Source: Octopus vulgaris | Taxonomy: Eukaryota | NCBI GenBank assembly: GCA_951406725.2 | Contig: OX597820.1 | Location: forward strand, 75,144,001 to 75,208,000 | DNA: 64,000 nt | Direction of reading: 5' to 3' | Shown: piece after piece, positions 1-13,400 of the stretch | How the letters are laid out: each line of letters opens with the position of its first letter | How positions within the stretch are numbered: the stretch's first letter is position 1 | The notes under the pieces: model-generated | Told to the model about the DNA's origin: nothing | Seen by the model: the letters and a program-made list of their open reading frames with translations, nothing else | The model's database searches: none | Position numbers and translations under genes: made by a program

Positions 1-439
1 GAGAAAAGCAATTTCTACGAATCTACCAAAGTTAAGTTCATTTTAACGAAAGCCTTCGGAAACTGACAGCTTTCCATGCAGAATATTTATCTCCCATGTG
101 TGTATGCCCTATATGCATATTGAAAGCATTTGACTGTCAAATAGTTGCCTAATTCACTAATGTCATGGCCCTGTGTAGTACATATCCACAGTGTGAGAAG
201 TATGAGCAGTGGATAATTACAAATGTCTCATAAAAATCGCCATTTATTTTGGATTTAACTCTTGCTGAGAATGAAGACTGGAGGTTATGGATTCATTTTA
301 GTGCGTAGCATTAGAAGCATTCTATTAGGAAAGCATCGTTAGGTAAAGATACATTATCGTTCTTTTTCTTTTACGGAAGCGTGATGGTTAAAATAAATTA
401 CTAAGGTACCATGGAAACAAGCCATTAGTTACATGATGA

Positions 440-640
440 CACATGGTCTAATGGTTCTGGTGTTGCACTCACGATCTCAAGACCGTGGGTTCAATTCCTA
501 GACCGAGTAGAGAGTTATGATCTGTTGCTCAGCAATCACCTCGACACCTGACTCGTGATACACCGTGTACCTGTTCAAGCAACGTCGATTTGATGGAGGA
601 AGTGAGTTAATACACAGAATATGAATTCGATCACTCTAAT
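440..640 (+). mobile_element. Degenerate tRNA-derived SINE
   Basis: A-box-like TGGTCTAATGG and B-box-like GGTTCAATTCC; body resembles the copy at about 53630-53800. Confidence 0.55.
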
Positions 641-2237
641 ACTTCGTCTACGACGTGAGTGTCCGCCATACTGGTTTCTTATTTTAGTAGAAAGTAATTT
701 TTAGGAAAGTGCTTTTTCTCAACCACCGAACCCAGTACTAGACTTTTACTTTCATCACAATTTCTGGAGAGATATAATACAAAGCTGAGTTCAGTGGGGT
801 TTGAACTCAGGATCAAAATAACCGGGAGAAAAGACAGAAGTCATTTTAGCTGATGTTCTAACGATTCCACCAAGCCTCAAAACCTATTACCATAAATACT
901 TTTGCGCGAAGTCGTTTGCGGATAACATCAACAGTAGTACTTGACTGCTAATTCATATTTATAGGTGATGAAAACGACGAATTATGAAGTTAATCTCGGC
1001 GGGTCTCAAGCTCAAAATGGGAAGAGTCGTAGCAAATACCACAAAGTAAATTATCCAGCGCTGTAACAATTCGCGCAACATAGCACTTTATTTGTAGTTA
1101 CTATGAATAAGAATAATAAACATGTCTGTAGTTTTAGTTCTTTTGTCTCTCTTTTTTTTTTTTTTTTTTTTGAAAATCTGAACACAGAAATTTTTGAAGT
1201 ACGAAGGAAAAAAAAAAAATTGACACTTGTTCTATAATCGCTCAATTAATGTTGGAAACGTGCCAAAAATGTCAGCGTTTACATACGATAGACGCTTAAT
1301 TTGCCGCACGTTAATAATAACAAATTTGCCAAAGGGGAATAAAGATTTAGTGACTGAACTGAATCTATCACGGTACAAAATATATATATTGAGCATAAAA
1401 TAGAACCGAAATGTTAGTATTAATCTATTGTTGCATTAGTTTATTGTGGCCCGAATTTACAGCATTTCAATATGCGATTTCAGAAATTATGTCGTCTGAA
1501 GGCACAACTTGCAAGTGTTAATTCAGACAACAATGACGATTTCCGGCTCTGTGGATGAAAGCGATGAATGCGCAGACTGAATGGTTTTCTACTACGATTA
1601 TTATTATTATTTCTTTTTTTTAATCAATCTGTCTATATTCTATACCTTTGTAATGAAATAATTTTCTATTGAATGGGACATATATATTAAAAAAAGTAAA
1701 CGGCAACAATGAGAGAACGAAAACACAAAAATAGTTGAATAAATAACAAAGGATTTGATTGTGAAAAGATCTGATTCAGCGAATTGAAGCAATTTTGTTT
1801 CCCAATTATTTTCCAATTAACATTGTTTGTAAATAGCTGCGAATATTTCTATAAAGTAATGGACGACTGGTGTAAAACAATAGAATTTTTTTTGAAACGG
1901 CTGTCTTTTTTACTGAAAGCTATTTCGCGTTACTAATATTATCTATTGGAAATGTATGTCCATCACCAATTCCTGTTACTACCGATAATGAGTTAGGTTA
2001 TCAATATATCTAGAAAATATAGAATCTACTATTCTGACAACCGAATCCTAATATCATGAGATATTGTTTTCATGTATACTACCGAATTTACTAAAAGGTG
2101 TGAAAAAATTAGGTACTGGCATATCTGATCCACAACCTCATTGCTTCAGGTCCAGCAAGGGACTTCTACAATAGTCTCGGGTCGGTTAATGTCTTCTGAT
2201 TAGATTTGGCAGATGAAACTGAGAGAAGGCCGTCGTT

Positions 2238-2239
<2 letters not shown>

Positions 2240-2313
<74 letters not shown>
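2240..2313. repeat. (TA)n microsatellite
   Basis: Seen directly; sits at the 3' end of the LINE remnant. Confidence 0.95.
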
Positions 2314-2315
<2 letters not shown>

Positions 2316-2938
2316 TATGTTTCTTTATTAGCCACACAGGGCTGCACACAGATAGAACAAATTACAAGGTAGAGCTTTTCTTTTGAAGGTTTAAGAAAAA
2401 AAAAAAAAAAAAAAAAAAAAAGGAAGGGGGAGTTTCGATCAAAAGGGATCGTAAAAGGAGAGAAAGAGGACAAAAAAAAGGGGGTTTTAAAAAAAGGGGG
2501 GGAGGAAAAAAAATTGATCAATAGGGATCGTTATCACAGAAATGTCAATATGAAGTGTAAAGGGGAGGACAGGTGAGGTTTACCCGTGCAAAGAAAAGCC
2601 TACGGAAAAGACCACGGTAACCTCGGTCAATGATGTCACATTTTATATTTCTTTTTTTTTTTTTTTTGCAAATAAGCAACTCTCTGTTTTCGATTTCTGG
2701 GTTCATAGGACTATGCTCAAGGTGGCTTCGTCATTCATACGTGCCATTCTTGCTACATTCACCCATCTTTTTTAAAACATTCGCTAGGCAAAACTTGCCT
2801 CTCTACTCTCACTTTCCTTTTCAAGTGGTACTTGAAGAAGTTGATGAGAGATTGACCAGAGAGGAAAGTGTTTGTCTCCAATCCTTTCAGACGCGTCCAC
2901 CAGATACATTCTTTCGCCATAGCCACAAGGATGATGAT
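2314..2938 (-). mobile_element. 5'-truncated Tx1/L1-like LINE 3' end (ORF2 C-terminus plus 3' UTR)
   Basis: Minus-strand translation from about 2938: IILVAMAKECIWWTRLKGLETNTFLSGQSLINFFKYHLKRKVRVERQVLPSECFKK, a frameshift in an A-run, then RWVNVARMARMNDEATLSIVL*. The AK..IW..R pattern is typical of Tx1/L1 ORF2 C-termini. The 3' UTR ends in a stem-loop, AATAAA and (TA)n. Confidence 0.7.
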
Positions 2939-2959
2939 AGATAGATAGATAGATAGATC

Positions 2960-3025
<66 letters not shown>

Positions 3026-3026
3026 T
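2933..3026. repeat. (GATA)n/(GACA)n microsatellite
   Basis: Seen directly. Confidence 0.95.
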
Positions 3027-3059
3027 TAGAGACACGTATTCTCTAAATCATTCCTTCTT

Positions 3060-3250
3060 TAAACTCCTTTGTTGTCAGCACCTGAAATGTAAAATTCTTA
3101 CCTGAAGACGGAGGCTGGTATTATCCGATGATGGAATCAAGTTACAAGGATTATTTTGGACTACTAAGCCCCAACCCGAAGCAGCTGTTGGTCTCGTAAA
3201 ACTCCTTCACAACTCTTTTATTCCCTGATATCATTCCTATTCTTTGTAAG
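3060..3250 (+). mobile_element. Penelope-like element remnant with degenerate hammerhead (long stem II)
   Basis: CCTGAAGACGG...CCCGAAGCAGCTGTTGG; homologous to the reverse complement of 44770-44895. Confidence 0.5.
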
Positions 3251-4342
3251 TCAGACTTTTTTTATATGTATACATATGTACACTTTTCTCTATCGAATTG
3301 CCTAATTTGCTTGTCCTTACATTTACTCCAATACATATATATAAGCACAAGTCCGAACAAGGTTATGTATGGAAAACCACAGTCGCCCGTGCATACCAGC
3401 TTCCTCTCTACACGTGATGAAGGAAAGGCAAAGGCCGATACAGCCTGGCACCAGTAACGATTTAGTGAAAGTACATTTTAATATACTTTGATTATATCTT
3501 TTCCCGCTCTGTGCCTTTAATATCCATCTAGATCTCATGGTGGCATCATATGGTTTCTAGTGTAGGCCCCTTTATTTGATAATAATAAAGGAATTTATGT
3601 CACCCATATCCTACCTCTTTTTCTGGGCATTCACCACTATCTCATTGACTCCTTCTGATATCTGTTTCTTCACATGGCCAAGGGAATTTATAGCCATATG
3701 GAATTAAGGTTTGGGAGAACATCTAATAATATTTATTTATGGCCAGCTGCTAGATCTGAACTGTCAACTCCTAGTGGTCTTAATTCTCAATAAACGCAGT
3801 ATACTAGCTGCATTAGACCATTTGATGATGATAAGGAGATAGATAAAAATTTGGAAATGAATTACAATCCCATGCCCCCCCCCCCCACCACTGCGATACA
3901 CTTCTGCAACTCCAAAATTGTAGTTGTTTTATATATATATATACACACATACACATACATATATATTTACATATACAACTATGTGTTTATATCTATGTAT
4001 GTATATATAAGGAGTGCGTGTAATGTGCATATATGTGTGTACGTGTATGTATATACAGTTTCTGTGTATGCATGTATGTGAATATGTATGCAGAAGTGTG
4101 TTCATCTAATGTTTGTCCCCACTGCAGCTTGGAAAATTGTGTTCTCTTATTTACACCAACTAATTTATTGTTTCGGCAAAGACGGACTGATTGTGTAAGT
4201 GGCAGACACAATAGTAAATAACGGGGTGATTTACTTGACAAAAAGAAATTCAAGGCGGTGACCCCAAATCGCCCTTGTCTAAGGAAAGGAACAAGTAAAA
4301 GATGCAAAAGATAAAAGAAATGTAATGAAAAATACTTATGAA

Positions 4343-4720
4343 AGCGTGGCTGTGTGGTAAGAAGCTTCCTTCCCAAGTACATAGTTCCGGGTTCTGTCCA
4401 CTGCGTGGCACCTTGAGCAAGTGTCTCCTACTATAGCTTCGGGACAACCAAAGCCTTATGAGTGGATTTGGTAGACGGAAACTGAAAGAAGCCCGTCGTA
4501 TGTACATATATATATATATCAGTGTGTGTGTAAGTGTGTGTGTCTGTGTTTGTCTCTACACTATCGCTTGACAACCGATGTTTGTGTGTTTATGTCCCCG
4601 TAACTTAGCGACTCGGCAAAAGTGACTTATAGAATAAGTACTAGGCTTACAAGGATTAAGTTCTTGGGCCGGTTTGTTCTACCAAAGGCAGTGCTCCAGC
4701 ATGGTCGCAGTGAAATGAAT
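4343..4720 (+). mobile_element. tRNA-derived CORE-type SINE (octopus OR-like family)
   Basis: GTGGCTGTGTGGTAAG head, GGCACCTTGAGCAAGTGTC CORE-like segment, internal (TA)/(TG) tract, GCTCCAGCATGG tail; about ten homologues in the window. Confidence 0.85.
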
Positions 4721-4740
4721 ATAATATTTTTGTTCTGTCA

Positions 4741-5123
4741 TTCTTTTACTTGTTTCAGTCCTTAGACTATGGCTATGCTGGGACATCGCTTTGAATTTTG
4801 AGCCGAGTTTGTCGACTCCAGTACTTATTTGTTAAGTCGATAGAAGTTTATTCCCAAACCGCTAATTTACGGGGACATGAACACACCAACATCGGTTGTC
4901 AAGCGATGATGGGGGCGCTAACACAGACTCAGAAACACACTCATACATAAATAGGCATATATACGACGGGCTTCCCTCAGTTTCCGTCTACCAAATTCAC
5001 TCACAAGGCTTTGGTCAGCCCAAGGCTATAGTAGAAGACACTTGCCTAAGATGCCCTGAAGTGAGACTGAACCCGGAACCATTTGGGAAGAAAACTTCTT
5101 ACCAGACAGCTATGCCTGAGCCT
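4741..5123 (-). mobile_element. tRNA-derived CORE-type SINE, inverted relative to the previous copy
   Basis: Reverse complement of the same family; tail-to-tail with 4343-4720. Confidence 0.85.
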
Positions 5124-5125
5124 AC

Positions 5126-5167
<42 letters not shown>

Positions 5168-5524
5168 CACTCATTCCAAATACAAACACACACACGCACG
5201 TGCACACACACACACACACACACATACTCTATTTCTCACTTTCTCCTCATCCATCACCCTCTTGTACTGTCTTATATTCCTCCCCACCACTACAAACTCA
5301 ATAACACTGTAAAATGGTCAAAACTTTTCCCACAGGAACTTTGATTTGAAAACCCCACTAGAATGGGAAAAAGCCCTAATATATGAACTAAGTTATCTAA
5401 TGTATAAAAAATGTAATATACAAATAAATACCTGTAAATATAAACCATCCGATTTTCTGAGTACCTCATTTCTTCTAATATAAAATACCTGTACATTATC
5501 TCCAAACCTTTCAATAAATATTTA

Positions 5525-5534
5525 TATGTATATA

Positions 5535-5602
<68 letters not shown>

Positions 5603-5669
5603 GTATGTGTATATATATATATATATGTATGTATGTATGTATGTATATTTCTGTATATTTGTATGTATG

Positions 5670-5703
<34 letters not shown>

Positions 5704-5735
5704 TGTATGTATGTATGTATGTATGTATGTATGTA
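5525..5735. repeat. (TA)n/(TATG)n compound microsatellite
   Basis: Seen directly. Confidence 0.95.
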
Positions 5736-7115
5736 CATGCACACCTATACGCATGTATGTGTGTAAGTAAATGACTGAGAGCGCGCGTTGTTAGAAGCTC
5801 GATATTTATGGTAGAATGGATCGGGAGTTGAAACGATGTGTAGTAGAAGAAGCGTGAAAATAATCTTGATATGTAGAACAATTCTTCTTAACACTAAGCA
5901 CTTGAAAACAATGCTTTCATCATCGAAAGTTATAAGACAGCAAACGATATTTCTTTCTGTTATTTTCCATAATATATCTACTCTACTTTTTCGTATTATA
6001 TGCAGAGAAATTGTGCATAAAGAAAAAAAATTTAATTCAGTCTAGTTTTCAGAAAGTTTCTATGGAATTTCGATTATAATTTGAATTATAGAATATTTGT
6101 TATGATACCTAAAATTTTATCATATCGTCAGTCTCCATAGGATACCGCCTCCACAATCGATACAATATAAAGCGAAATAAGGAGATCAGCAGAAAGCAAA
6201 GCTTTTAGATAAAAGTGAAGTGGTGCATGTATTATTTTACAGAATATTTTTTTTTTCATGTAAATTAAATGCTGCAAGCCGTATCGATATTTTCTGACTA
6301 CCGAACGAATTTTTCATAATATATATCCAATACATGTTCCACATAACATGCGTATAACAAAGGGATTCGACTCCGAAATACTTTGGATGGCAAACGTTGT
6401 AATAATTATGTGTGAAACAATTTAATGTGGAAACAACAAACATTATTGAACTGTTTCTTTGCTGACAAGCTGAGTGAAAGAACTTTCCACGAGAAATTCT
6501 TTCATCTAAGGGACATGCAACAATTCATATACATGAAAATGTCTGCTAAAATTGTGAATAACTAGCAGTTCGTATTCTCTCAGGTGTTGCTTTACCTCTT
6601 GGGTTTAGACTTATTATTCTCATCGGAAGACACAGTTTAACTCATAAATACATCAAGCAATGATATTCACTGCTTAAACCAGCGCCATTTATAATACAAC
6701 TAAATAATTACATTATTATTTTTGATATACTGAAGAATTTATGAGTCTTAACTGGTTTCTTTATCGTATAAATCCTGGTATATACAATCATTCGTGTTTT
6801 CCTTTTAGTCTGAGAATTCCTACCCAAGGATTGTATTGGAGTGCATGTTTCAGTTTAAATCAAAATTTGTTGTGATATAGCAGTGATTGGCAGAATTTTT
6901 CAACCCACATATAACTATATATAACAGTTATGCCAATTATGAGGACAATTAACATTTTGCAAATCAGGCGCAGTATTGATAAATAATTAGTCTTAGTTAG
7001 TCTCCACTGTACGTATATCCAAAGAACGGGAAACGTGTAGCAAACCTTACTCTGGCTGTCCTTTCTTGCTCTCTCTCATTACGTGATAGAATGCTGTAAG
7101 ACAGTATGCTGTTTC

Positions 7116-7203
<88 letters not shown>

Positions 7204-7229
7204 GTCTGTCTGTCTATCTGTCTGTCTGC

Positions 7230-7271
<42 letters not shown>

Positions 7272-7325
7272 GTCTACCTACCTGTCTATCTATCTGTCTA
7301 TCTATCTGTTTATCTATATGTCTAC

Positions 7326-7384
<59 letters not shown>

Positions 7385-7400
7385 CCTATCTATCAATCTA
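7116..7400. repeat. (TCTA)n/(TCTG)n microsatellite
   Basis: Seen directly. Confidence 0.95.
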
Positions 7401-7892
7401 TGTGCGTGTGTGTATGTATGTTTGTGTGTACATATTTGTATGGTTATATTTAACCATTTGCGCATACTATCGCTTACTTTTGAGTATGTCTGTCTGTGAA
7501 TGTAAGCAATCAGGTGATATGAAGAAATGATATTTAATCAGCAATGGACAGAGTCAAGCGTTGCCAACTTATTATCTCGCTTATCTATGACTATGCATTC
7601 GATATTAGGAAGAGGAAAATAAAAGAATAATATTTTATGTATTTTGTAGTTTGTCACATCTTTGAAGTTTAAAGTATTAGAAAACGTAATTGCATTACGA
7701 CGTTGCTATCATATTCTCTCATGTATTCGATATGCAAAAACAAAAGTAACAAAGAAAACATGTGGATATTTTGTTGAATTTTAAGGCTAATTTAACTCTA
7801 GATATTAGTCGTATGTGTTGGTAATACAAAACTAATCTCGTTTGACCGGGTTTACATCTTGTACTTATTGAACCTAATACAGAACCTGAAGA

Positions 7893-8486
7893 TAGCAGCG
7901 AGCTGGCAGAATCGTTTGCGCGCTGGATGAAATGCTTAGTGGTATTTCGTCTGCCGTTACGTTTTGAGTTCAAATTCCGCCGAGGTCGATTTTGCTTTTC
8001 ATCCTTTCGGGGTCGATTAAATAAGTACCAGTTACGCACTGGGGTCGATATAATCGACTTAATCCGTTTGTCTGTCCTTGTTTGTCCTCTCTGTGTTTAG
8101 CCCCTTGTGGGTAGTAAAAAAAAAAGGTATTTCGTCTTTACGTTTTCAGTTCATATTCCGCAGAGATCAACTTTGCCTTTCATCCTTTCGGGGTAAATAA
8201 ATTATTTACCAGTTGTGTACTGCTGTCGATCTAATCGACTGGACCCCTCTTCCGAAATTTCGGGCCTTGTGTCTAGAGTAGAAAAAGTTGTTTGCACTCC
8301 GGACAAAGAACTTAGCAGCATTTTGTTTTTCTTTACGTTCTAAGTTGGAATTCCCCCGTGGTCGACGTCGTATTCTATTCTTTCGGTGCGGATAAATTAA
8401 GAACCAGTTGACACTGGTGTCGATGTAATCGGCTTACCCACCTTCTCTGAACCTGCTGGCCTTGTGCCAAATTTTGAAACTAATAT
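7893..8486 (+). mobile_element. Three tandem tRNA-derived SINE units with central TTTGCCTTTCATCCTTTCGGGGTCGATAAA domain and three different tails
   Basis: Head GCGAGCTGGCAGAA, B-box GAGTTCAAATTCC; the second unit restarts at GGTATTTCGTC (8126); a third, older unit spans about 8290-8486. Confidence 0.85.
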
Positions 8487-10194
8487 TGAATTTAACGAGG
8501 CAAAATATAGGTTATGGTTTTAGATTAGCGAACCAGTGATTGTGTATCTCAAGGAGAAGTGAGAACTGCTAACATTGATTTTCTCGTCCCGCCTCACATT
8601 GTTAAGTAACTGTTACCTCCCTTCGTATTGATGGTCATCCGGATCGCCCTTCGTGTGTAACATTATACAGTATTACCCAAAAGGAACTGTTAAAGGTTTC
8701 ATTATAGAATTATAAAGGACGAAAAGGTAAGTGAACATGATGTATATAGATGTATGTTTTATAAATATTAAATCATTTGATTGTCTATGAAATATAGAGA
8801 ATATTTACGGTAAAATGGCCAAACAGAATAAACAGTGTCTTTCTGCCGATGAGCTTTCAATCAATACCTTACATCTATTTGATTTGAAACAAATACTTCA
8901 AATATACGAAAATGTATTACTCCACTGTAGCGAAATACTATTTTGCCAATCATATAAGCATTTTGAGATCAAACTGAATTTACTCCTTTCTTAGTTAGAA
9001 GTGGTCAGTCCAATCGAATTGAAAAATTGAATGGTGCTAGCAGTGCTATGTTCTTTGGACAGAATAGTTTCAAATGTATCATGAAGAATAGATGAGAAGA
9101 ACCAAACGTAATGCAGTGGAAGTGAAATTCTTTTAAATTGAAATTGAAATTAGAAGTCGGGTTCACTTCACTGACCTTTAGTTTGTTCCATTTTTGGTAC
9201 TTTTCTTAGAACGCGATCATAAAAGTGTAGTCATCGTAATTAGCATATACTTTACGTGTTATCTAGGTAGTTTAGTGACAGGAAAATTTATTTATAGATT
9301 ATAGTAGAAAAGCGAAACTCCAGTAACAACAGAGGCTAAAGAAGAGAGTGGAGATTCTACATCATTAATTCCGATTTTCAATTTTGTATGCGTTGGTTCA
9401 AAGTACAACTACAATTAAGCCAACAGTCATGCTTCTTTTATTTAGGTTGTACACGTATTACTAAAGGAAACTACGATAAAATAAATGCTAGATTACTCTG
9501 TGCGGCTCGTTATATCAACGGGATTTACTGCTTTGGTAATTGCCAGGCTACACACTCACCCTGTAGAATTGTTCGAACATTCACATTTGGCTTATGCTAT
9601 GAATTCTATTGTGTAATCTATAAATTACAAATACTTGGATATCTCTCGTTTCAGCACTATACTTTACATTACAATTATATTTAATATATATTCGTAGTTG
9701 GTTTTAATGCAACTAGTTAATGAATAAAGCTTAGTAAGATCCAACTATTTATGTTGGTTATAAACATTGTGTTAGCAGAATATACTTGTCGTGCTGAGTT
9801 CCAAAATTTACTTCATTCCTCAGCTCTCTTACATCGACATCTGCAACGAAAATGCTTATTCTATCTTCTTGTGTTACATATTCTATGGTGAACCGAAGAT
9901 GAAAACGTTTATACCATATTGTTAAATAAATGAATTCATTTTGCACATTTTCAGGTGGTAATTCCGTTAAGAGGATACTTTAACTGATTTGCCGGAGGAA
10001 TCATATCTAAATCAAGATTTTCATAATTATTTCTTTATAATTAATGTCTATGTTTTGAAATTCCGAAACATGCAATCTATTTTCTTTTCTTAATAAACTG
10101 TTTCTCATGATGTAAGTGACCAAGATCACAGAATCCTGACCCGGCTAAACGGGACTCCAGTATGTTTTAGGATTCAAGGAAAACTATGTTTCGA

Positions 10195-10378
10195 GGGGAT
10201 GGGAGCATGTTGATCTCAACGATCTCTTACTTTACTGGTACTTAATTTCATCAACCGCGAACGGATGAAAGATAATGTTGACCACAACGAGATTTTAACT
10301 AAGAACGTAACGCGCCAGAAGAATTGCCGCTAAGCTTTTCGTCCAACGTACTAACGATACTGTCAACTCATCACCTTA
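10195..10378 (-). mobile_element. Old degenerate SINE of the same family
   Basis: TACTGGTACTTAATTTCATCAACC...GGATGAAAG...CTAACGATACTGTCAACTCATCACCTT matches the family reverse complement. Confidence 0.6.
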
Positions 10379-11252
10379 AAATATGCGAATATGCAATAAG
10401 AAGGGCATATATATATATTATCAAAATTTCCTCTCTAGACATCAGAGAATGCATAGGGCTCTTGTAAACATATACCACATGGATTATGTTTGGTGAGTTC
10501 GTTAGCATTTTGTACATATTCTCAGTTTTAATTTAGATACTGTATAGTAACCTTATTATTGGTATGATCCTAATCAGGTGAAGGTGTTTATGCAAAGTCT
10601 TAAATGGGAAGGTAAAACAGTCGGAACAGACAACGCAAGGATTTTCTCCTGGCGTTTTAACAATTCTGCTGTGAGGTGAGCAGATGAAAAGCACTGGTGC
10701 CAACACTGAGACTTAGACTCAGAATTTAAAGCCGCAAGAGTTTGGCGTAGTGTATTCTATTAAGTATTAACGATTTTTCTAATTCGCAGTTCACACGTTA
10801 ATTCATCGATTAACACATGTCTACAATTTCTTCTGACAAATTTTATTTGGCCTTGGAAATGTTCTCAATAAAATATGTTTGATACTTTGTAATAAAGTTT
10901 GAGCACACTAAGTATGATAAACTGTGTCTTCATCTTGTAGCTTCAGGACAGTGATCGATAGTTGCTTAGGTACAGAGCATCAATAGCATATCTAAAGTTT
11001 ACAAGTGGTCTGGTAACTCATATTCCGTTGTATTTGTTTGTCTGAATATTCGCTGCGGATAAAATTCATGATTTCCTTTAATGTTGGATCACGTTTAATC
11101 ATCATAAGAAATGTACTCCAGTGATCGATTAACACTGGGATGAATGCATTACTGATTGATTCGATCAGGAAGATATTGTTTAGATCACATTAAGTTTACC
11201 AGGAAGAAGCCCCCGCATATCTTAGTTTAACAACACTGTTTATATATATAAT

Positions 11253-11289
<37 letters not shown>

Positions 11290-11920
11290 GCGTGCGTGCG
11301 CGCGTGTGTGTATTTGTGGATGCGTGTATCTATGTAGTATGTATATATGGCAGAATAGCTAAACTAGAGAGCCAAATACTTTACATTAAGTTCAAGTCTC
11401 ATTGAGGTTAACATACATACATACTTACATACATACACTTATGTTCGTTTGTATGTATGTGTGTTTGTGCGTGTGTATGCGCGTGTGTGTGTTCTAATTC
11501 CATTAAATCTAGTAACGTTAGTACTAGATCGGCATCAAAGAGAATAAAAAAAAAATTATAGTCTACAGGGATAAAAGGAAACTGGAGAAGGTGATTCCCA
11601 GATTCTCAATCTTTGTACCATGGGATCGAATTCTGAGAATTTACCAACAGTAAATCTTCTGACATTAACTCAATAATATTGAAACTCTCTGCAATAAGAT
11701 GGGTGCTCTCACAGTCCCAATAACTGATATGTTTAGAATAAAGCTTTACTTACCTTATATATTTCAAAATGATCAACTAAGGTAGGTGACTATGTAAGGG
11801 TTACTTTACATGATTAGTAGAAACATGTATATTAAATATATTCGAAACATCAACATTAGGTTTCTTCCTTATTTTCACATATATAAATGCATATGCATGC
11901 ACACTGGGTGAATAGTTTTA

Positions 11921-12376
11921 GTGCAGGAGTGGCTATGTGATAAGAAACTTGCTTCCTGACCAAATGGTTTTGGGTTGATTCACACTGCGTGGTACCTTGA
12001 GCAGATGCCTTGTACTTTGGCCTCGGGCCAACCAAAATCTTGTGAGTGGACTGGGGAGACGGAAACTGGAACAAGCCAATCGCATATATATATATATATA
12101 TATATATATACGTGATTTTGTGTTTATGTGTGTATCTATATATGTGTGTCCTTGTGTCTGTCTTGTGTTCGCCAGCATCAGCTTGACAACCAGTGTTGGA
12201 GTGTTTACGACCCCGTGATTTGAGCCTTTTGGCAAAGGAAACAGGTAAAGTAAGTACCAAGCTTAACAAAAAAATTAAGTAGTGAGGTCGATTCATTCGA
12301 CTGAAACTTCTTCAAGACTGCCCCAGCATGGCCGCCGCATAATGACTGAAATATGCAAATGAAAGAGATAAAAGAT
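11921..12376 (+). mobile_element. CORE-type SINE (OR-like)
   Basis: Full head, core, microsatellite and tail match to the family. Confidence 0.85.
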
Positions 12377-13400
12377 GTAATGCGCACACATACATACACA
12401 CATGCACACAAACAAACGCTCATCACACCACACATACACACAAGCACGCACAGACACGAACGCACGCACACATGTATGTAATTCAAAGACTGTACCTTCC
12501 AAAGGGATTCGAAAACCGCATATCTCTTGTAGACATCGATTACATTCACCTTAAATCGTGTTTATAGTTTTGTCCTACTATATTTGTTAAATCCCTATGT
12601 TCAGCTGCTGACCTTACAATGGTTGTCTGCATTATATCTGTAACCAACATCGCTGCTATCTTCGCCGTAAAAAGATACAGAAGCCATTTTTATCGGAACG
12701 TACTCCTGTCATTATCTTTGGCAATTAATCTCACAGTTTTAGTTGACATTGTTTTGGGAGTAGGATTTCGTTGCAGGTAGCGTTGCACATCATCTTAAAC
12801 ATTTGAAACGCATCAATAGAATCTCATTCAAGAGAGAGTAAAGTTATCACCCCATGTTGATTTATCGAATTATTCACAATAGTTATACATTCAAATTCAT
12901 CCTCACCTACGCATAGCAATATTTCCAAAGTGAATAGCGTCGTGTTCCTATGGATTTTGTTCATTACGTGCATTAAAACGCTGTAACTACAGTGGTACAC
13001 CAGTTATACTGTCTGCGAGCTTCTCAGTTGGATTCTTGAATATTAAGAATATTTTCAGACTTGAAAACGGACCAATGAAATCATATCTGTGTGGAATGTA
13101 TTTGTTTTCTTTGGTTTGATGGTGGATCAATTCTTTCTATGACTTCACCAGGAGCACACAGCCCCAAAGAAAGTGAAAGTTGTTTGTATGTCAGTAACAC
13201 GTTGATGATGTCTAGGAATGAACGCCACAGTCTCATTTGTTAGCAGAACAAAACCGGTCGACTCGTTGTGTTTTTGAAGTAAACATTTCAATTCACGTTG
13301 TTCCAATTCACAAAACGGGCAAAAACGAGTAATCTTGCTATTGACCAGCGTCCCGTCGCACGTGGGGAATATATACGCCATGGAAACCGGGAAATAGATC

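Noticed and set aside
1484-1558. Possible terminal coding exon KLCRLKAQLASVNSDNNDDFRLCG*
   Set aside because: Weak acceptor, short, and no recognisable homology.
5083-7530. ORFs rich in YI, HT, YLSI and CV repeats (also at 18642, 24121, 33084, 37032, 37914, 44951, 52782)
   Set aside because: These are translations of microsatellites.
9556-9580. ACCCTGTAGA resembling the miR-10 family 5' end
   Set aside because: The rest of the mature sequence does not match and I see no precursor hairpin.
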